NCBI GenBank assembly: GCA_002245135.1
Contig: NGBS01000596.1
Span: 1-64,000, forward strand
Origin: Proteromonas lacertae
Taxonomy: Eukaryota
Direction of reading: 5' to 3'
DNA: 64,000 nt
Shown: in pieces, positions 40,144-54,392 of the stretch
Numbering within the stretch: the first letter of the stretch is position 1
Layout of the letters: every line of letters begins with the position of its first letter
Notes under the pieces: generated by a model
Seen by the model: only the letters and a program-made list of their open reading frames with translations
Told to the model about the DNA's origin: nothing
Database searches by the model: none
Position numbers and translations under genes: made by a program

Positions 40144-41603
40144 ATGACAAATTCTGATGATAAAATATCTGATACACAAGAAAACAATAAGAAGTATAAT
40201 GGTTGTAATGAAATTAATAAACAGTTTAGTATGTTATTATATATACTATTTACATAGTTTATGTAAATGATAGATATTGTACAAAAATTGTCTCACGTAT
40301 GGATAACAGTTCAAATTTGCCATATAATGCAAAAGTTTCATCTAATACCCATATAATTGAAGAAAAAAGTAAAGAAAACATAAATATTAAGCAAAAGCCA
40401 AAGAGATACAAACGAAGATATGTTACAGCTACAGATAGTAGTAACAGTGATAGTGAAAATGAAAATGAAGATAGTAATAATCTAGAGAATGAAAATGAAA
40501 GATATTATTATGTTAAAGTAGAAAATTTGAATAAAGAATGTAAAGAAAAGGAATTATACGATTTATTTGGAATTGTAGGTAATCTAAAATCTGTTGAGAT
40601 AAAAAATGATTCACCAAATAGATATGCTTTAATAAAATATTCAAGTGAAGTATCAGCCCAAAAAGCTTTATATAAATTTAAGTATATTGCAATAAAAGGA
40701 TCAAACATAAAATTATCAGTGTATTATCATCCGAATGAATTAATAATTGAAAATTTAGCACCAACAGCTGATATTGAAAAAATAATGAATATAGTAAGTG
40801 TTGTGGGAGAAGCTAAATCAATTATAATAGAAAGAGGAAAAAATAATAATGAAACTGGTAGAGCAATAATAACATTTAAAGAAAAAGAAGGAAAAGAAAA
40901 TGCTTTAGTGTTTTTGAATGATGTTGTTATTGATGATATTCAAATTAAACTTGTTACACATGATAATAATGATTATGATAATGATATTTCTTCACCAACT
41001 CCTCCTCATCCCCAACCACCACCTCCACCATTAATATCACCATCAAAACCATTTCCACCAATATTATCAACAACAGTTCCTACTCCACAACCACCTCAAT
41101 CTAATGATGAATATAAACTATTTGATAAAACAGATATTTTGATAATCAAGAACTTAACAAAGAAAGAGATAGCAGAATTATTTAGAGATTATAAAATCAA
41201 AAAGATAAAATCTAAATCAGACGATAATGTGTATGAAGTATATTTTGAAAATGATGATTTAGCTGATAAAGCATATATTGAGTTAAATCATAGAAAATTA
41301 AATGATAAAGAAATATTGATAGAAAAACATATAAGAAAAAGTCAGCTATATTCTGTTTTTGTAGGATGTTTATCAGATTCGGTAAAAGAAGAAGATTTAT
41401 ATCAAAAATTTGAAGATATTGGAGAAGTTGATTCTGTTAAAATATATAGACAAAAGAATAAAAATGTTCCTGATTATGGATATGTTAATTTTAAAGATAC
41501 AGAATGTGTTGATAAGGCTGTTAAAGTATTAAATGGAATAAATATTAAAGGAAGGTATATAACTGTTCAATATACAAAGAAGAAGATACATCAAACAAAT
41601 TAA
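40144..41603 (+). CDS. Four-RRM RNA-binding protein with a Pro-rich linker
   Basis: RRM-type segments VKVENL..YALIKY, LIIENL..GRAIITF, LIIKNL..YEVYF and VFVGCL..YGYVNF. Confidence 0.8.
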
Positions 41604-41711
41604 TCGTATTTTAAAATCATAAAACATAATGAATAAGAATCATAATGTTGTTTTTTAGATGTTTGTGAAATAAAGCTTGATTCCTAGTTCGTATATTCGT
41701 TTTGAATTTTT

Positions 41712-43620
41712 ATGTTTTTCAAAATTTTGATTATATTTTTCGTTTCTAGCCTTGCAGTTATAGAAGAAGGAAGTGTATTTCATATCAATGATATACCTTT
41801 AGTTATATTCTGCTAATTCATGGACATTTCTTCAATATTACTCTTTTAAAGAAAAATCAAAATCCGATGAAAGCAATAGTGGATCTGTGGAGTATTAAAA
41901 TTATTCTAATAGTGAAAAATAGGTTTGAAGGCAAGATCCTTGATACAAGCGGTTCACATAATTATAAATTGACAGTATATTACGATAGTGGTTTAACGTG
42001 GAATACATTGTATAATAATAGAAAATATTTCTTTAGAGTAAAGTCTGATTATACCTGCTATGATAAAGTATTTACCAATGTTTCTAATTCTCAAATTCGT
42101 ACTTTCAGTTTATACTCACCTATTTCAAGTGTTAACAGCGAAGATGGTTATACGTATATAAATCCCTTATTATATATATTAAATAATATAGATTCAAAAT
42201 ATCTATACCAGTAGAAACATCCAGACCAAGGATATTCTTTTTTGCTGTGAGTAATTGTGTATCTCACAGATGTAGAGGTACTGATTGTCAAGCGCCTATT
42301 AGAATATCAAATTATCGTTTAAATTTATTGAATGGAAATGGAAAGTTTAAGAATTTACCTCACAATGAAAAATCATTCTATGGATTGAGTTTAACAATGA
42401 TGATTATATATATAGCAATGTTATTGTTTAGTATTGTGATATTTTTATTGAATAAAAAGCAGAATTGTAGAATTTATTCTATAATTATAAGTGTGGTGAT
42501 GTTTATCTATTTATTGTCTTATATATTACTATTTGCTTATTATAATACAATAAAAGCAAAAGCAAAAGTTAATTTGGGAATTAAATATTGTATATTATAT
42601 ATATATATATATATATATAGCAAGTGAAATAGTTAATTATCTTGGTGAATCAATATTTCTATGTCAAATGTTAATATCTTCAAAAGCATTGCACATTTAT
42701 AGGCATAAATTATCATTGTTAAGTAGAATCAAAGTAGGTTGTTATTGTTTGTTTTATTTCTTATACTTATTTTCTGTTTATTATGCCTATGGTATATATA
42801 TGGTAATATATTTATTTATTTAATAGAAATAATTACAACACCTACAATTAGAGCACAATATTTTATTGAAAAACCAATCACTGTATGGTATATATTACTT
42901 AGGTATAAATATATAAATATATATAAATATATATATATATAGAGTAATTACTATAATATGGTATACTTATAGTTGGTATACCACTTATAATAATTACAAT
43001 ATTCATTTGATTTTTAATATATTGCAATTATCAGGGTTGATTTATTTATGCATATTACCATTAATATATCTTATATTATATGCATCTGATACATTGTATC
43101 GTGATTTATATTTACAATATTTCATATCCATTCCATCATTAGTTATACATATCATTTATATAGTATATTTAATACCATGTTTTCCATTTTATCAAATATA
43201 TAAGAATGATTTCATCATATCTTTTTTATTTATTTATTTATTTATTATTATTATTATATTTATTTTCTTAATGTTATTTACAGTAATTATATACCTAGTA
43301 GTGTATATGTAAAATCATATCATACATCTGAAGTAGTCAATATATTACAAAGATTAGCTTCATCTAAAAGTAAGGTAGATTCACAAATATTAATAGTATA
43401 TTGTAATTGTTTTATTGATATATATATAGATGAAAGAGAATTTTAAAGAATTTGCTGAGTTGATTAGCCTTATAAGTCAGGATTTATCAACTCATATTGA
43501 TGATGATAGTAGTAAACCTGCTAGAATTGTAACAGCGAATAAGAACGACTTTAGTACAGTGTATATACTATTGCTATTTATGTACATAATAGAGAATTAA
43601 AGAAGAAAACAAAGAAATAG
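41712..43620 (+). CDS. GPR180/TMEM145-like seven-TM protein
   Basis: Signal peptide, lumenal domain with RPRIFFFAVSNC..RLNLLNG..NLPHNE, then multiple TM exons. Confidence 0.7.
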
Positions 43621-43782
43621 TATAAATATATTGTAATAGTTTATTTATTTGGTTTTGTTGTGTAATTTGGGTTATTTATGTGTATAATTATGATGTGAAA
43701 ATAGTTTATGCAAATAATTCTCATTTCTACATATCATGTAAATACTCTGTAATTTACATTAGTTTTTACTGAAATTATTCTT

Positions 43783-46700
43783 ATGTCTAAAACAGAGGCT
43801 TATTCAGTATAAAAATAGTTTTATCTAGTAGGTATATGCTAGATTTCGTCCTACCAATGAGATTGAAAAGATGAAGGTCGAGGAGACTGTTATTCATCAT
43901 TAACAGCTGTATGATAGTATATAGTATTATATGTAGAACAAAGTTGTTATAAATGATCATGAATTCGTTTATGACAGAGTGTACGGACCAACCACTTCCC
44001 AAATAACCATGTATAAAAGTTAGTTTATACTGTAGGTATGAAACAATCGGTAAGAAACATACAGAAAAAGCATTAGATGGGTATAACACCACTATTTTTG
44101 CCTATGGTCAAACAGGTTCTGGTAAAACTCATTCAATGGAAGGTGCTGATGTTTATAGTGATGATGAAGAGAAAATGGGATTGATTCCAAGAATATTTAT
44201 GGAATTTGCTGAAAAGCAGAACATTCACAACAATAATTCTAGTTATGAATTGAAATTCACTGTATAATATCCATATTTATATAAGTTTTATAGATTTCTA
44301 TGGTAGAAATATACAAAGAAAAGGTGTTTGACTTATTAAAACCAGGACAAGAGTTAAAAATTCGAGAATCTACAAGAGATGGTTTTTTCATTCAAAATGT
44401 TGAAAAGAAGATAGTCTTAAATGCAGGTGATATGCTAGATATATATAAAACTGGCTGTAAAAATAGAACAACAGCAGCAACTACAATGAATGCTCGTTCT
44501 TCAAGAAGTCATATGTTGTTGATTTTAGGTGTGTCAAAATATGATAGAATTGACGAAAAGAAGAAAATGAGTGTATTTAACCTTGTAGATCTTGCCGGTT
44601 CAGAAGGTTATAATGTTTCTAAAGATACTGAAGAGACGAAGAATATCAATATATCCTTGACAACATTAGGTCTTGTAATAAAGAGGTTAGTAGAAGAAGC
44701 TAGCTCAAAGAAGAAGAATACTCTTGTAATACCATACAGAGATAGTTCATTAACAAAGATATTAAAACAAAGTTTAGGAGGTAATTGTAAAACATCAGTA
44801 ATACTGTGTTGTAGTCCAGCGAAGTGTAATGAAAAGGAAACAGTAAGTACTTTAAGATTTGGTGAAAACTGTAAGTTGATTAAGAATGCTGTAAAACAGA
44901 ATGTGGAAATTAGTTTATCGGAGTATAAGATAGAAATTGAAAGATTAAAATCTGAATTGAGTAAGTTACAAGTTATTAAAGGAAATGAAAAAGAAAGAGA
45001 TAATATGATAAGTGTATATATATATTCAGCAATTTTGTTTTATAATATTGTATAGAATTATGAATTGCAGATTAAAAGTATGAATGATGTAATATCAGAA
45101 AAGAATGCTGTTATTGAGAAGAATGAAGAAATAATAAAGAAATTAGAAGATAAAAATGAGGAATTGATGAAAGGAGAAAATAAAGAACAACTTGAAGTAT
45201 TGATTGACATGTAATTATTCTTATTAATAGAAACAAGTGAATGAATTACTAGATGCAGTTGAATTACTTCAAAAAGAAGTAGAAAAGAATCAAGAAACAA
45301 TTAGTAGTTTAAATGCACAATTATTGACAAGCGATATCACTTTAAAAGAAAAAGATGGAGAGATTAATAAATTAAAAGAAGAGATAAATAACAATAAAAG
45401 CAAATATTTATCAGAAAAAGATGAGTATTTGAAGAAAATTGAAGAAATGGATAAGACTATCAACCTATTAAATGAACAAAAAGTTGAATCAGAAGTATAA
45501 TCATATTATTTAGTATTTTTCTTTTTTAAATAGCAAATGTATCAAGAAAAAGTAATGAAAATACAAGATGAATTATCAATTAAAAAACTGGAAGGTGTTT
45601 TAACAAAATCTCAAATTATTTCACTTGATCAAAGTATAATCAACAGTATTAGCAAAAACAGAGGAGAAGGAGGAGGAGGAGATATAGAGAACAATAACGA
45701 TGATATTATCGAAAGAATTCAAAAGATAATGGAATATAATAAAATGACAATTCAGAATAACTTACTAGAGATTAAAAAGTTAAATCAAGAGAATATAAAT
45801 TTAAATGAATCTCTTCGAAATAAGGAATTTGATTATCTCGCATCAAAGGCAGAATTGGAATGTAAATTTAATGATGAACTAAATAGAATTGTATAACGAA
45901 ACGAATTATTATTTATCAATAGACAATTGAATATGGTACAAAAGAAAAAGAAATGATGGAAAGAAACAACTATTTGGAAAGTCAATTATCGTATTACAAA
46001 CAGAATTATGAAAAAGCTATTGTTGATAAAGAATGTATTGTGAAAAAACTCAATGAAAAACTCAATGTATTAACAAGACAGTTTAGAACAAGAAATGTGG
46101 AAGATATCTCAAAATCAGTATAATAATTACGCTTTACATTTATCTATTGTAATAGTATACAACAAATATTCTTCATCCACCTCAACCTATAATATTAGAA
46201 GCAGAAAAAGAATCTGTTTTACCAATTCCAAATGCTGTCGATGATGAATTTGTTCCACCAATTATAAAAAGAAACATGGCGAAATTGAATATAGAAAATA
46301 AGAAGTTGAATGATGAAATCAATTCATTATATGTATGTTGTAGTTTATTAACTATGTATAGGATGAAAAAGAAGAAGATGCTAAAAGAATTGATGATTTA
46401 AAGAAAGAGAACTATGAACTTCAGACAAAATTAGAAGAAATATCAAATGAAATGAATAAAAAGGAGACTGAATTGAATGATATTAACAAAACATAACTTG
46501 AATATACTAATTTATCCGATCAAACTAAAGGTTCAATAACAGAGAGTGTTGTAAGAGATTTATCATTAAATATGGATAGTAATGATGAAAATAATCCAAA
46601 GAAAAGAGTGTTTGAACTAAAGAGTATCATAGATGTATTGAAATCTAAAAACCAAGAAAAGAATGAAGAAATAAATAATCTAGTATATATTAAAAATAAC

Positions 46701-49295
46701 TATTTTTGTAATTAATAGAAAAATGAACTTGGAAAGCTTAATGAATTAATGGATGAAAGAAAGTCAATTCAAAACAATTTATCAACTAGTATTACTTCAA
46801 AATTACAATCAATAAGTGGTAGTGATGTATATGAAAAGATGAAAATGGATAATAAGATATTAAGTCTATTCGATAAAAAGTATAATGATGAAAAAAAACA
46901 TATAGAAGAATTGGTATATTATAATAATGAACATATATAATATTAATAGGAAAAAGAATTTAACAAATTATCTGAAGATTATACTGATTTAAATAATGAG
47001 TATGATAATTTAATGGAAGAAAAAAAAGAATTGAAAAAAGAGAATGAAAGCTTGAAGAAAAGTATTGAAGAAAAAGATAAATCAATTGATGAAGCTATGG
47101 GTTATATCAGTGTAAATACAAATAATTTAAGTGAGAGTATTCTTTCAGCTATTCCTTCTGCTAAAGATGGTAGAAATAATATAAAAGCAGCAGCATTATT
47201 GCAGCAGCAAATAGTGGATATTATGAATAAGAAATGTGAAGATAAATCTGCTAGAGTGAGAGAATTAGAAAATACATTGACAAACATAAAAGAAATGCTT
47301 AACATTAAATTAATAGTGTCTATTAGAAATGAGTCGAGTGAAAATGATTCAAGAGAAAGTGATATAAAAGAAAGTTATGATATAATTGAAAGAGTGAAGC
47401 AACAAAATGAAGCTATGAATTTATTAAATAGAAAATACAATGATGAAAAGAATCATATAGAAGAATTGGTATAGATTAATTTATGTTTATAATAATATAT
47501 AGGAAAGAAGTTTAAAAGAAGCTTTTGAAAAGTATTCTAAATTGAATAATGATTATGATTCACTAAGGATTAATTATTCAGATATTAAAAAACAAAAAGA
47601 AGAACTGAATAACAAATATTCATTTATCTATGAAGAAAAAAGAAGATTGGAAAATGAGAATAGCAATTTGGTAAATCAAATGAATGAAAAAGATAAAGAG
47701 TTATTACAAATCAGACAATCGATCTATAATTCATTATCAAATATTAATCCAGATATGTTAAATGAAAGTGTTAGAAATATTGTTATAGCTCAAGAAAAAG
47801 AAGGTGAGAATATACCATCTAAAATAGAATTCATGAAAAAAACTATTGATGTATTAAATGATAAAAACAAAGAAAAGAATGAAGAAATAAATAAAATTGT
47901 ATTGACAGCTATAATAATATATTATATATAGAAATCACAGATGGATGAAATTGTTAAGCAATATGAAGATGAAAAGAAGAATTTATCGGTTGAAAACAAC
48001 AATTATAAGAATAATAACCGATATTTTGTATATATATTTCGTTTTTATTCTTATAGATACAACAATATAACCATGAAATTGCTGGATTGAAGCAGATTCA
48101 AATTCAGTATAATCAATTGCAATCAACTTTTAACAAAATTAATGCTGACTATAATCAATTAAAGAGTAACTATGGTTATTTACAATCAGAATATAATAAA
48201 ATAAAAGCATACAGTGATAGATTAGCTAATGAACTTAATACATTAAATCTAACAATACAAAATCTGAAAAGTATATCATCTCAAAAGGATGATAATTTAA
48301 AAAGGCATATGACGAATAAAGAAAATGAAATAAATTATTTAAAGCAATGTATGAATGATGAGATAAAGAAAAGAGATAAAGCAATAAAAGATTTAGAAAC
48401 AGAAATGAAGAAGATGAGAAAGAAACTAGAAGATGAAAGAGATAGAAAGAAGGCATTCTTAGAAGCAAATTATATGGAAAAATATAAAAGAATATCACAA
48501 GAGAATATACAGTTAAAAGCAGATAATGAAAAATATAAAACTAGCTATGAGAATATGAAAAATGAATTAATTACTATACAGAGTAAAATGTATGAATTAC
48601 ATAAGAATGGCTTGATATCAAGAGAACTATATGATCAATTAACAAGGGCCTATAATGATATAACTGAAAAATATAACGATATGTTGAGTCATTTAGGATT
48701 TGATTATAATAATTTTAATATTAATCGATATTTGCATGGTGATATTTCATTATTTACAGGTCATCCTCATCCTCTAACCTTACATGGAGAAAGACAAATC
48801 AAATTTATGAAAGAAAGTTTAGATTATGAAGCTGCAATATACTTCCCATCAAGTATAGAAAGTAATTTAATTAGTCCTAACAATATAAAGTGTTATTTTA
48901 GTGACAATGATGAAAATATTGAAATAGTTTATGGAGTGATAGAACTGTTTTTAAACATTATTGGATTTAAACTTGAAGAAGAAATGATAATAAGATTAGA
49001 TAACACATTAGAGACAGAAAACAAAATGTTTTATTTATTAGAATTCGAATACCAAATGGCAATAACACAAATACTTAGGCATTTAAGAGAAACTCTTCAG
49101 AGTAAGTTACAGATTTCAATTATCCAAGGATTGATAGTTGAAATGAATGGAATTGGACCACTTAATACAAGAATAGTAAAACAAGCATTTCATGATTATT
49201 GGATAAACCTGTATTGCTTTTAAGCATTTATATTTAATAGATTAATTGATGAAAAGCAGAAAAGAAGCTTTAAAGGTATGGTAAAAGAAAATTAA
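43783..49295 (+). CDS. N-terminal-motor kinesin (kinesin-1-like) with very long coiled coil and globular C-terminus
   Basis: [44 protein letters not shown] and SLGGNCKT. Downstream exons continue in frame. Confidence 0.88.
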
Positions 49296-49591
49296 CCGAT
49301 TATTCATAAATATCATATTTTATAATACTACTATTAATTTAGACATTAATATGTTAAAAAATAATTGAAATTAAAAAATCTTTCTAGTTTATACTTTTAT
49401 TATCGGTATTCATATGAATCTGTTTTTAATTGAAAATATTTTACACAAATTATTTTAATATATCAATAAATATTGAATGACATCGCTATTTCATAATTAT
49501 ATTTTATGTTCTATGTTTTTAATTAGTGTTTTCTATTAGGCTTAAAATTACTACTTTTCTTATTTAACACCTACTCTTTACTTTCTCTTTT

Positions 49592-50660
49592 ATGAAATCA
49601 TCCAATTCGAGATTAGAGGTAATTATTATGATATAATATGATAGAAATATAGATATCTTCCTGTTTCTAACAGAGAAGACAAAGGAAATGAGACAAATTT
49701 AAATGAAGTAAGATCGTGGCTTGCTAACAACTTTGAAATACCACAGCTATCTTTTAAATTAGTATTTCAATTCATAATTGAAATGATTATTGTAAGAGGT
49801 TTCTATTCAATGTATATTGAACTGACTATATACCAAACTAGATATGGTGCAGTTAGAAATTGTTTCGGATCTGAAGCAGTTTCTGCTGAATATGCTCATC
49901 AAAATGCTGTGAAGGTTATTAATCTTGAAAAAATATTTCATTTCTTTGTTGAACTAAATATTCAAGTATATTATAATTAATAATAATAATTGATAATAGA
50001 ATTATTTTGTGAAATATCCAACTTTGATGAAATATTTTAATATTTATTATGTATTTGGTCATAGTGTTATTACATTTGGAATAATCATTATATTATTCTT
50101 TCTATTTCCTCGATATTATCAAAAGAGACGAAACAGTTTTATGTTGATGACTGTAACAGGTTTGATGGGATTTATAATATATCCATTAATGCCTCCTCGA
50201 TTATTGAATGTTTGTGATAATCATTATGGTGGATGTGATAAGAATTATGGATTTATTGATAGTTTAGAAATATTTGGTGGTCCTTTGAATTGGAAAAGTA
50301 AGAGAATGGCAGATCGAAGTAATTATTATGCAGCAATGCCTTCATTGCATTTTGGATGGAGTTTATGGTGTTTTTATTCTTTATATCCATTTATGTTCAA
50401 ACAAAACATACTTAAAGATGTTAATCTCTCTTCATCCAATCTACACTCTATTTGTAATAATCGTAACAGCCAATCATTATATACTAGATGCAATATTTGG
50501 TTTTGTTACTTTCATGATTGGTGAAGCATTAGGAATACTATTAACTAAACCATTATCGTTTGGTAGAGGAACTGAAACAGGAGGACTTGATAAAAAGACA
50601 GGTGTTTTTGTATTAATCATTGTTGTACTAATAATAATTGAATATATAAAAATTAAATGA
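49592..50660 (+). CDS. PAP2_3 / Aur1-Ipt1-like (inositolphosphotransferase-type) membrane protein, copy 1; frameshift near 50389
   Basis: YPLMPPRLL, AAMPSLHFGWSLW and TANHYILDAIFG. One extra A relative to copy 2. Confidence 0.8.
49858..50524 (+). repeat. Left arm of a ~666-bp near-perfect inverted repeat (partner 54529-55194)
   Basis: Direct comparison by eye found only one intronic substitution and one 1-bp insertion. Confidence 0.92.
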
Positions 50661-50868
50661 CAAATATAGTACATCTAACTTTTTTTAAACTTTCTTTGTT
50701 GGTTGTATGACGAAATAGAAGAAAAAAATAAAAAAAGAAACGACTAATTTAATTTTGAAACGAATCTATTTCTTATAATAAAAACAAGAAAAACATATCT
50801 TACTTTCTGAATGTAAATACCAAAAAATTCACATGAATATATATTTAAAAAATAGAATTAAGAATATT

Positions 50869-52793
50869 CTATACATCCTTAGTAATAATATCAATTAAAT
50901 CATAAAATTCCTTGGCTTTAATATTGACATAATCCTTCGTATCCTTCTGACTAATAATATTCGTGAATCTCTTGTAGTGTTTAAGTCCATTAATAATCTG
51001 TTTCACTACTTCCAATCTTTCTTCTTTCGATATATCAACTGGACCTCTTTCTCTTGGATTTCCATATAATAACTGCTTTAAATCTAATATATAATCTAAA
51101 AACTGTTCTAATAACAAAGTAAACCATCTTAAACTCTCTGATCTAGTATCAAAATCTTTATTTTCTAATATATTACATAAAATTGGACAAATTAATTTCA
51201 AATCTAAAAATTTTATATTTTTTGGATCTAAAGAGAGTAAAACAGCAATTGAAGTCGAATCATGTCCACAATTATGTAGAAACTCTAATAACGTCGTCAT
51301 TTCATGAGATCTATTATATTCTCTTACAGCCATTGACACTTCTTTTACACTTGATTTTAAATCATCAATAATACAGTTATAAGTAATTTCTTTCTTAATA
51401 TCATCTGCTTTACAAGCTGCAGCTGGTGGAAATATAAAAGTTTCATACTTTACACCACAAGGTTTATCACATTGATCAACTTGTACAATATTATTATTAT
51501 TATTACCAGGAATGAACTTAACAACAGGTAAAAAGTTGATATTCTTTTTAACTGGTGCTTTTGGTACATTATTATTATTATTATTATTATTAGGTTTCTT
51601 ATTAGGTGGATTACCTGAAGGAATGGGTGGTTGTTTTGGACCTTCATCTGTTTTCTTACTTTCATTATTATAGGCAGGTTTAGGTAATGCTATTTTACCA
51701 CTATTTGTTAGGCTTGGATCTGTCTCAAACTTCTGTATTGTAGCACCCATTTTCTTTTCATTTCTTGCACATATTATATTCTGAATATCTGCATCCCATA
51801 CTTTAACAATACTATTTAATATACTAATTCCTCTTACTATTCTTCTATTAGCTTCGTTATAAAATACATCCGCTGGAATACCTTCTACTTCACTCATATT
51901 GCTACAGGCTATCATTGTAGTTGGTTCTGTATTCCAAACTTTGAGAAAATCTTTAGAAAGGGTAATGAAATAATCACCTTTTTCTATAAATAATACTTTC
52001 TTTATTGCTGATTTATCTTTAGTCGTTGTGGCTATATCTTTGCCTGTACAAACATCCCATACTTTCACTGTATTATCTGTACTAGCTGTTAACATTAACT
52101 GATCTCTTGGATGAAATTGAATATCTGTTATATGACCGTTATGTGAATATTTGAATCTTTCATTTCCACTTGTATCCCATAGATGAGCTGTACTATTCTC
52201 GTCTCCTCCAACTAAATAGGCACCATTAGGAGTTAATGCTAATATATCGATTGGACTATAAACTGGAATAACTACTTGAGCTTCTGCATGAGCTAGATCC
52301 CATATCTATTTATATAAGATAAAAAATGGTATTAATTTATACAATCACACTGTCGTTTGAACTGGAGGCTAATGTCTTCCTTTCACTACTATAACATATA
52401 CTGTTACATCGTGATTTGTGACCTTTAAATGCTGTACTTTTACCTGATAAGAGGTTAAAGACTTTTATTGTTCCACCTTCTGTTCCTATTGCTACATCTG
52501 AGTCGATCTCTAGAAATTTGATGCAGGTGATTGGACTTGAAGCTTCATAATCCTATATAAAAAAATAAAATCATTGAAATGGGAATACACTAAGATAAGT
52601 AGGTCTTCCTAACTTCCAAAACAATATTTTACGATCATCTGAACCAGATCCAAATGTCTATAAATTAGTAAACCTAAAATATACAATAGAAGAACAGAAA
52701 GCAGCACAATTCACGGTAGCTTTATGAGCAAAGTCCTCTAGCTCATAAAAAATATAAAACTATACGCTGTTGGTTTATAGGAACAGGTAACAT
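50869..52793 (-). CDS. KATNB1: Katanin p80 WD40 subunit
   Basis: N-terminal WD40 repeats (AHKATVNC, GSGSDDRKILFW, TASTDNTVKVWD) and con80 motif VDISKEERL. Confidence 0.85.
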
Positions 52794-53426
52794 TTTGAAA
52801 ACTGATTATTTCAAAAATATATTCGTTTCGAAAATTAAAAAACTGAATTAGAATGAGAATGAGTATGTAAGTAGAATAAGAAGATTTTTTCCTAATATAC
52901 AACAATATTTCAATCAAAATATAGTAGTAGCTACAAACTTTCTTGAACATTTAAAAAGAACAAAAACAAAACAATATTCAACTTGGTTATTAATTCTCAA
53001 TAAGTATAATATCGTTATTTCTTTCAAAAAAACAAACTATAGCTAACATTGTAATTGAAAGGGAACTAGCACCAAGCCTACCATAAACATGCATATTCTT
53101 GCACAAATTTACATTTTGTATCTTCAAGTACACAATCTTCTTCATCGATCCTAAGAATTTTGAAGATAAGAAAAGAAGACAAACTTGGCTTGGGCTTGAT
53201 GCTAAGTTATTAAGAATAACAATACATTTTAAGCCCTATCATTTTTTCTTAAAACTAAAATAATAATAATTTGCAGGTTATTCTGCATTATAATATAAAA
53301 TTTTAATTTATAAGAAGCTACGCACATTAATAGTTTCCATTTATAATTTATAAGCAACGAATATTGTGGTATTCACATTAGTACTTTGTTTCACTTATTT
53401 CAATCTATAAAATTACACAGATCACG

Positions 53427-54232
53427 ATGAAAATTAATGGTATACCTATAATATATGTTCTAAATTTATTATCTCATAGATTTGGTGGAAGATCTGAGTC
53501 AAATCAGATTTCCAGAAGATCAAATTAGAACAAAAGCATTTGCAATATATAAACGAGATTTTTCACCTGACCAAGTATATACTCTATTCTGTGATGTATA
53601 TTACTTATAGATGTACAATTGGTACTTGGGCGAAAAGGAATTAAGATTGGCAAAAAAACTGAAGGACATATTTAATACAATAGATAAAGAAAAAACAGGT
53701 TTGATCTCATTTGATGAAATTATACATTTTGGTACATTTATGAGGGTTGAATGGACTTTAAGTTTTCTGAGAGAAGCGTTTGATGTACTGTTTGCTAATC
53801 ACGATTACAGAATACCTGAAAATCAATTTCTAGATTTTGCCTCATCAGAGTTAAACGGGATGGATTTGCTATTGGCCTCTACGCTAATGGATGGATACAT
53901 AACTTTACTAAAATTAGAACCACAACATAGAACATTTCTGGAAGATTGTTTTGATAAATTAGATAAGAATGGCTCAGGGAATGTTCCAGTAGCAGATGTA
54001 ATACATTTTGGATTTGTATATATAAATTATAGAAAATTTTATTATTTTTATTTTTTTATAGAAATTTGCACCTCAATTTTGCCAAGAAGATATTACCCAG
54101 CTATATAACCAAATGGATATAACACATGATGGATTAGTGTCATTTTATGAATTTATGTTATTCTCATCGTTGTTATCTAAGGTTCATACTCCAGAAGAAC
54201 TAGTGATTATTGAGAAAAGCAATATTATATAA
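53427..54232 (+). CDS. EF-hand Ca2+-binding protein
   Basis: Loops DKEKTGLISFDE, DKNGSGNVPVAD and DITHDGLVSFYE. Confidence 0.8.
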
Positions 54233-54392
54233 AACAAAACGTGTTAATTTGTTTTTTTTCAATAACTCCCAAGTTTCTTTTTGTTATTATGAAAAATAAA
54301 AAAAAATAGATAATAAACTAAAATAATAATTATAAATAAAAATTGTTTGTTCATCAAGTTAAATAAATGAACAATATTAAATTATTTATTTT

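Noticed and set aside
110..50392. Programmed frameshifting or RNA editing to explain broken frames (near 115, 1598, 2044, 2116, 2131, 3024, 4915, 15710, 37136, 50389); 1595-1600 reads CTT-TAA like a +1 shift site
   Set aside because: Shifts go in both directions, share no motif, mostly fall in homopolymer runs and cluster in the first 5 kb. Long-read consensus error is the simpler explanation. Pseudogenisation of LRR copy A or PAP2 copy 1 cannot be excluded without reads.
53138..53152. TCGATGAAGAA on the minus strand resembling the 5.8S rRNA core
   Set aside because: The match ends after 11 nt, with no other 5.8S or rDNA context.
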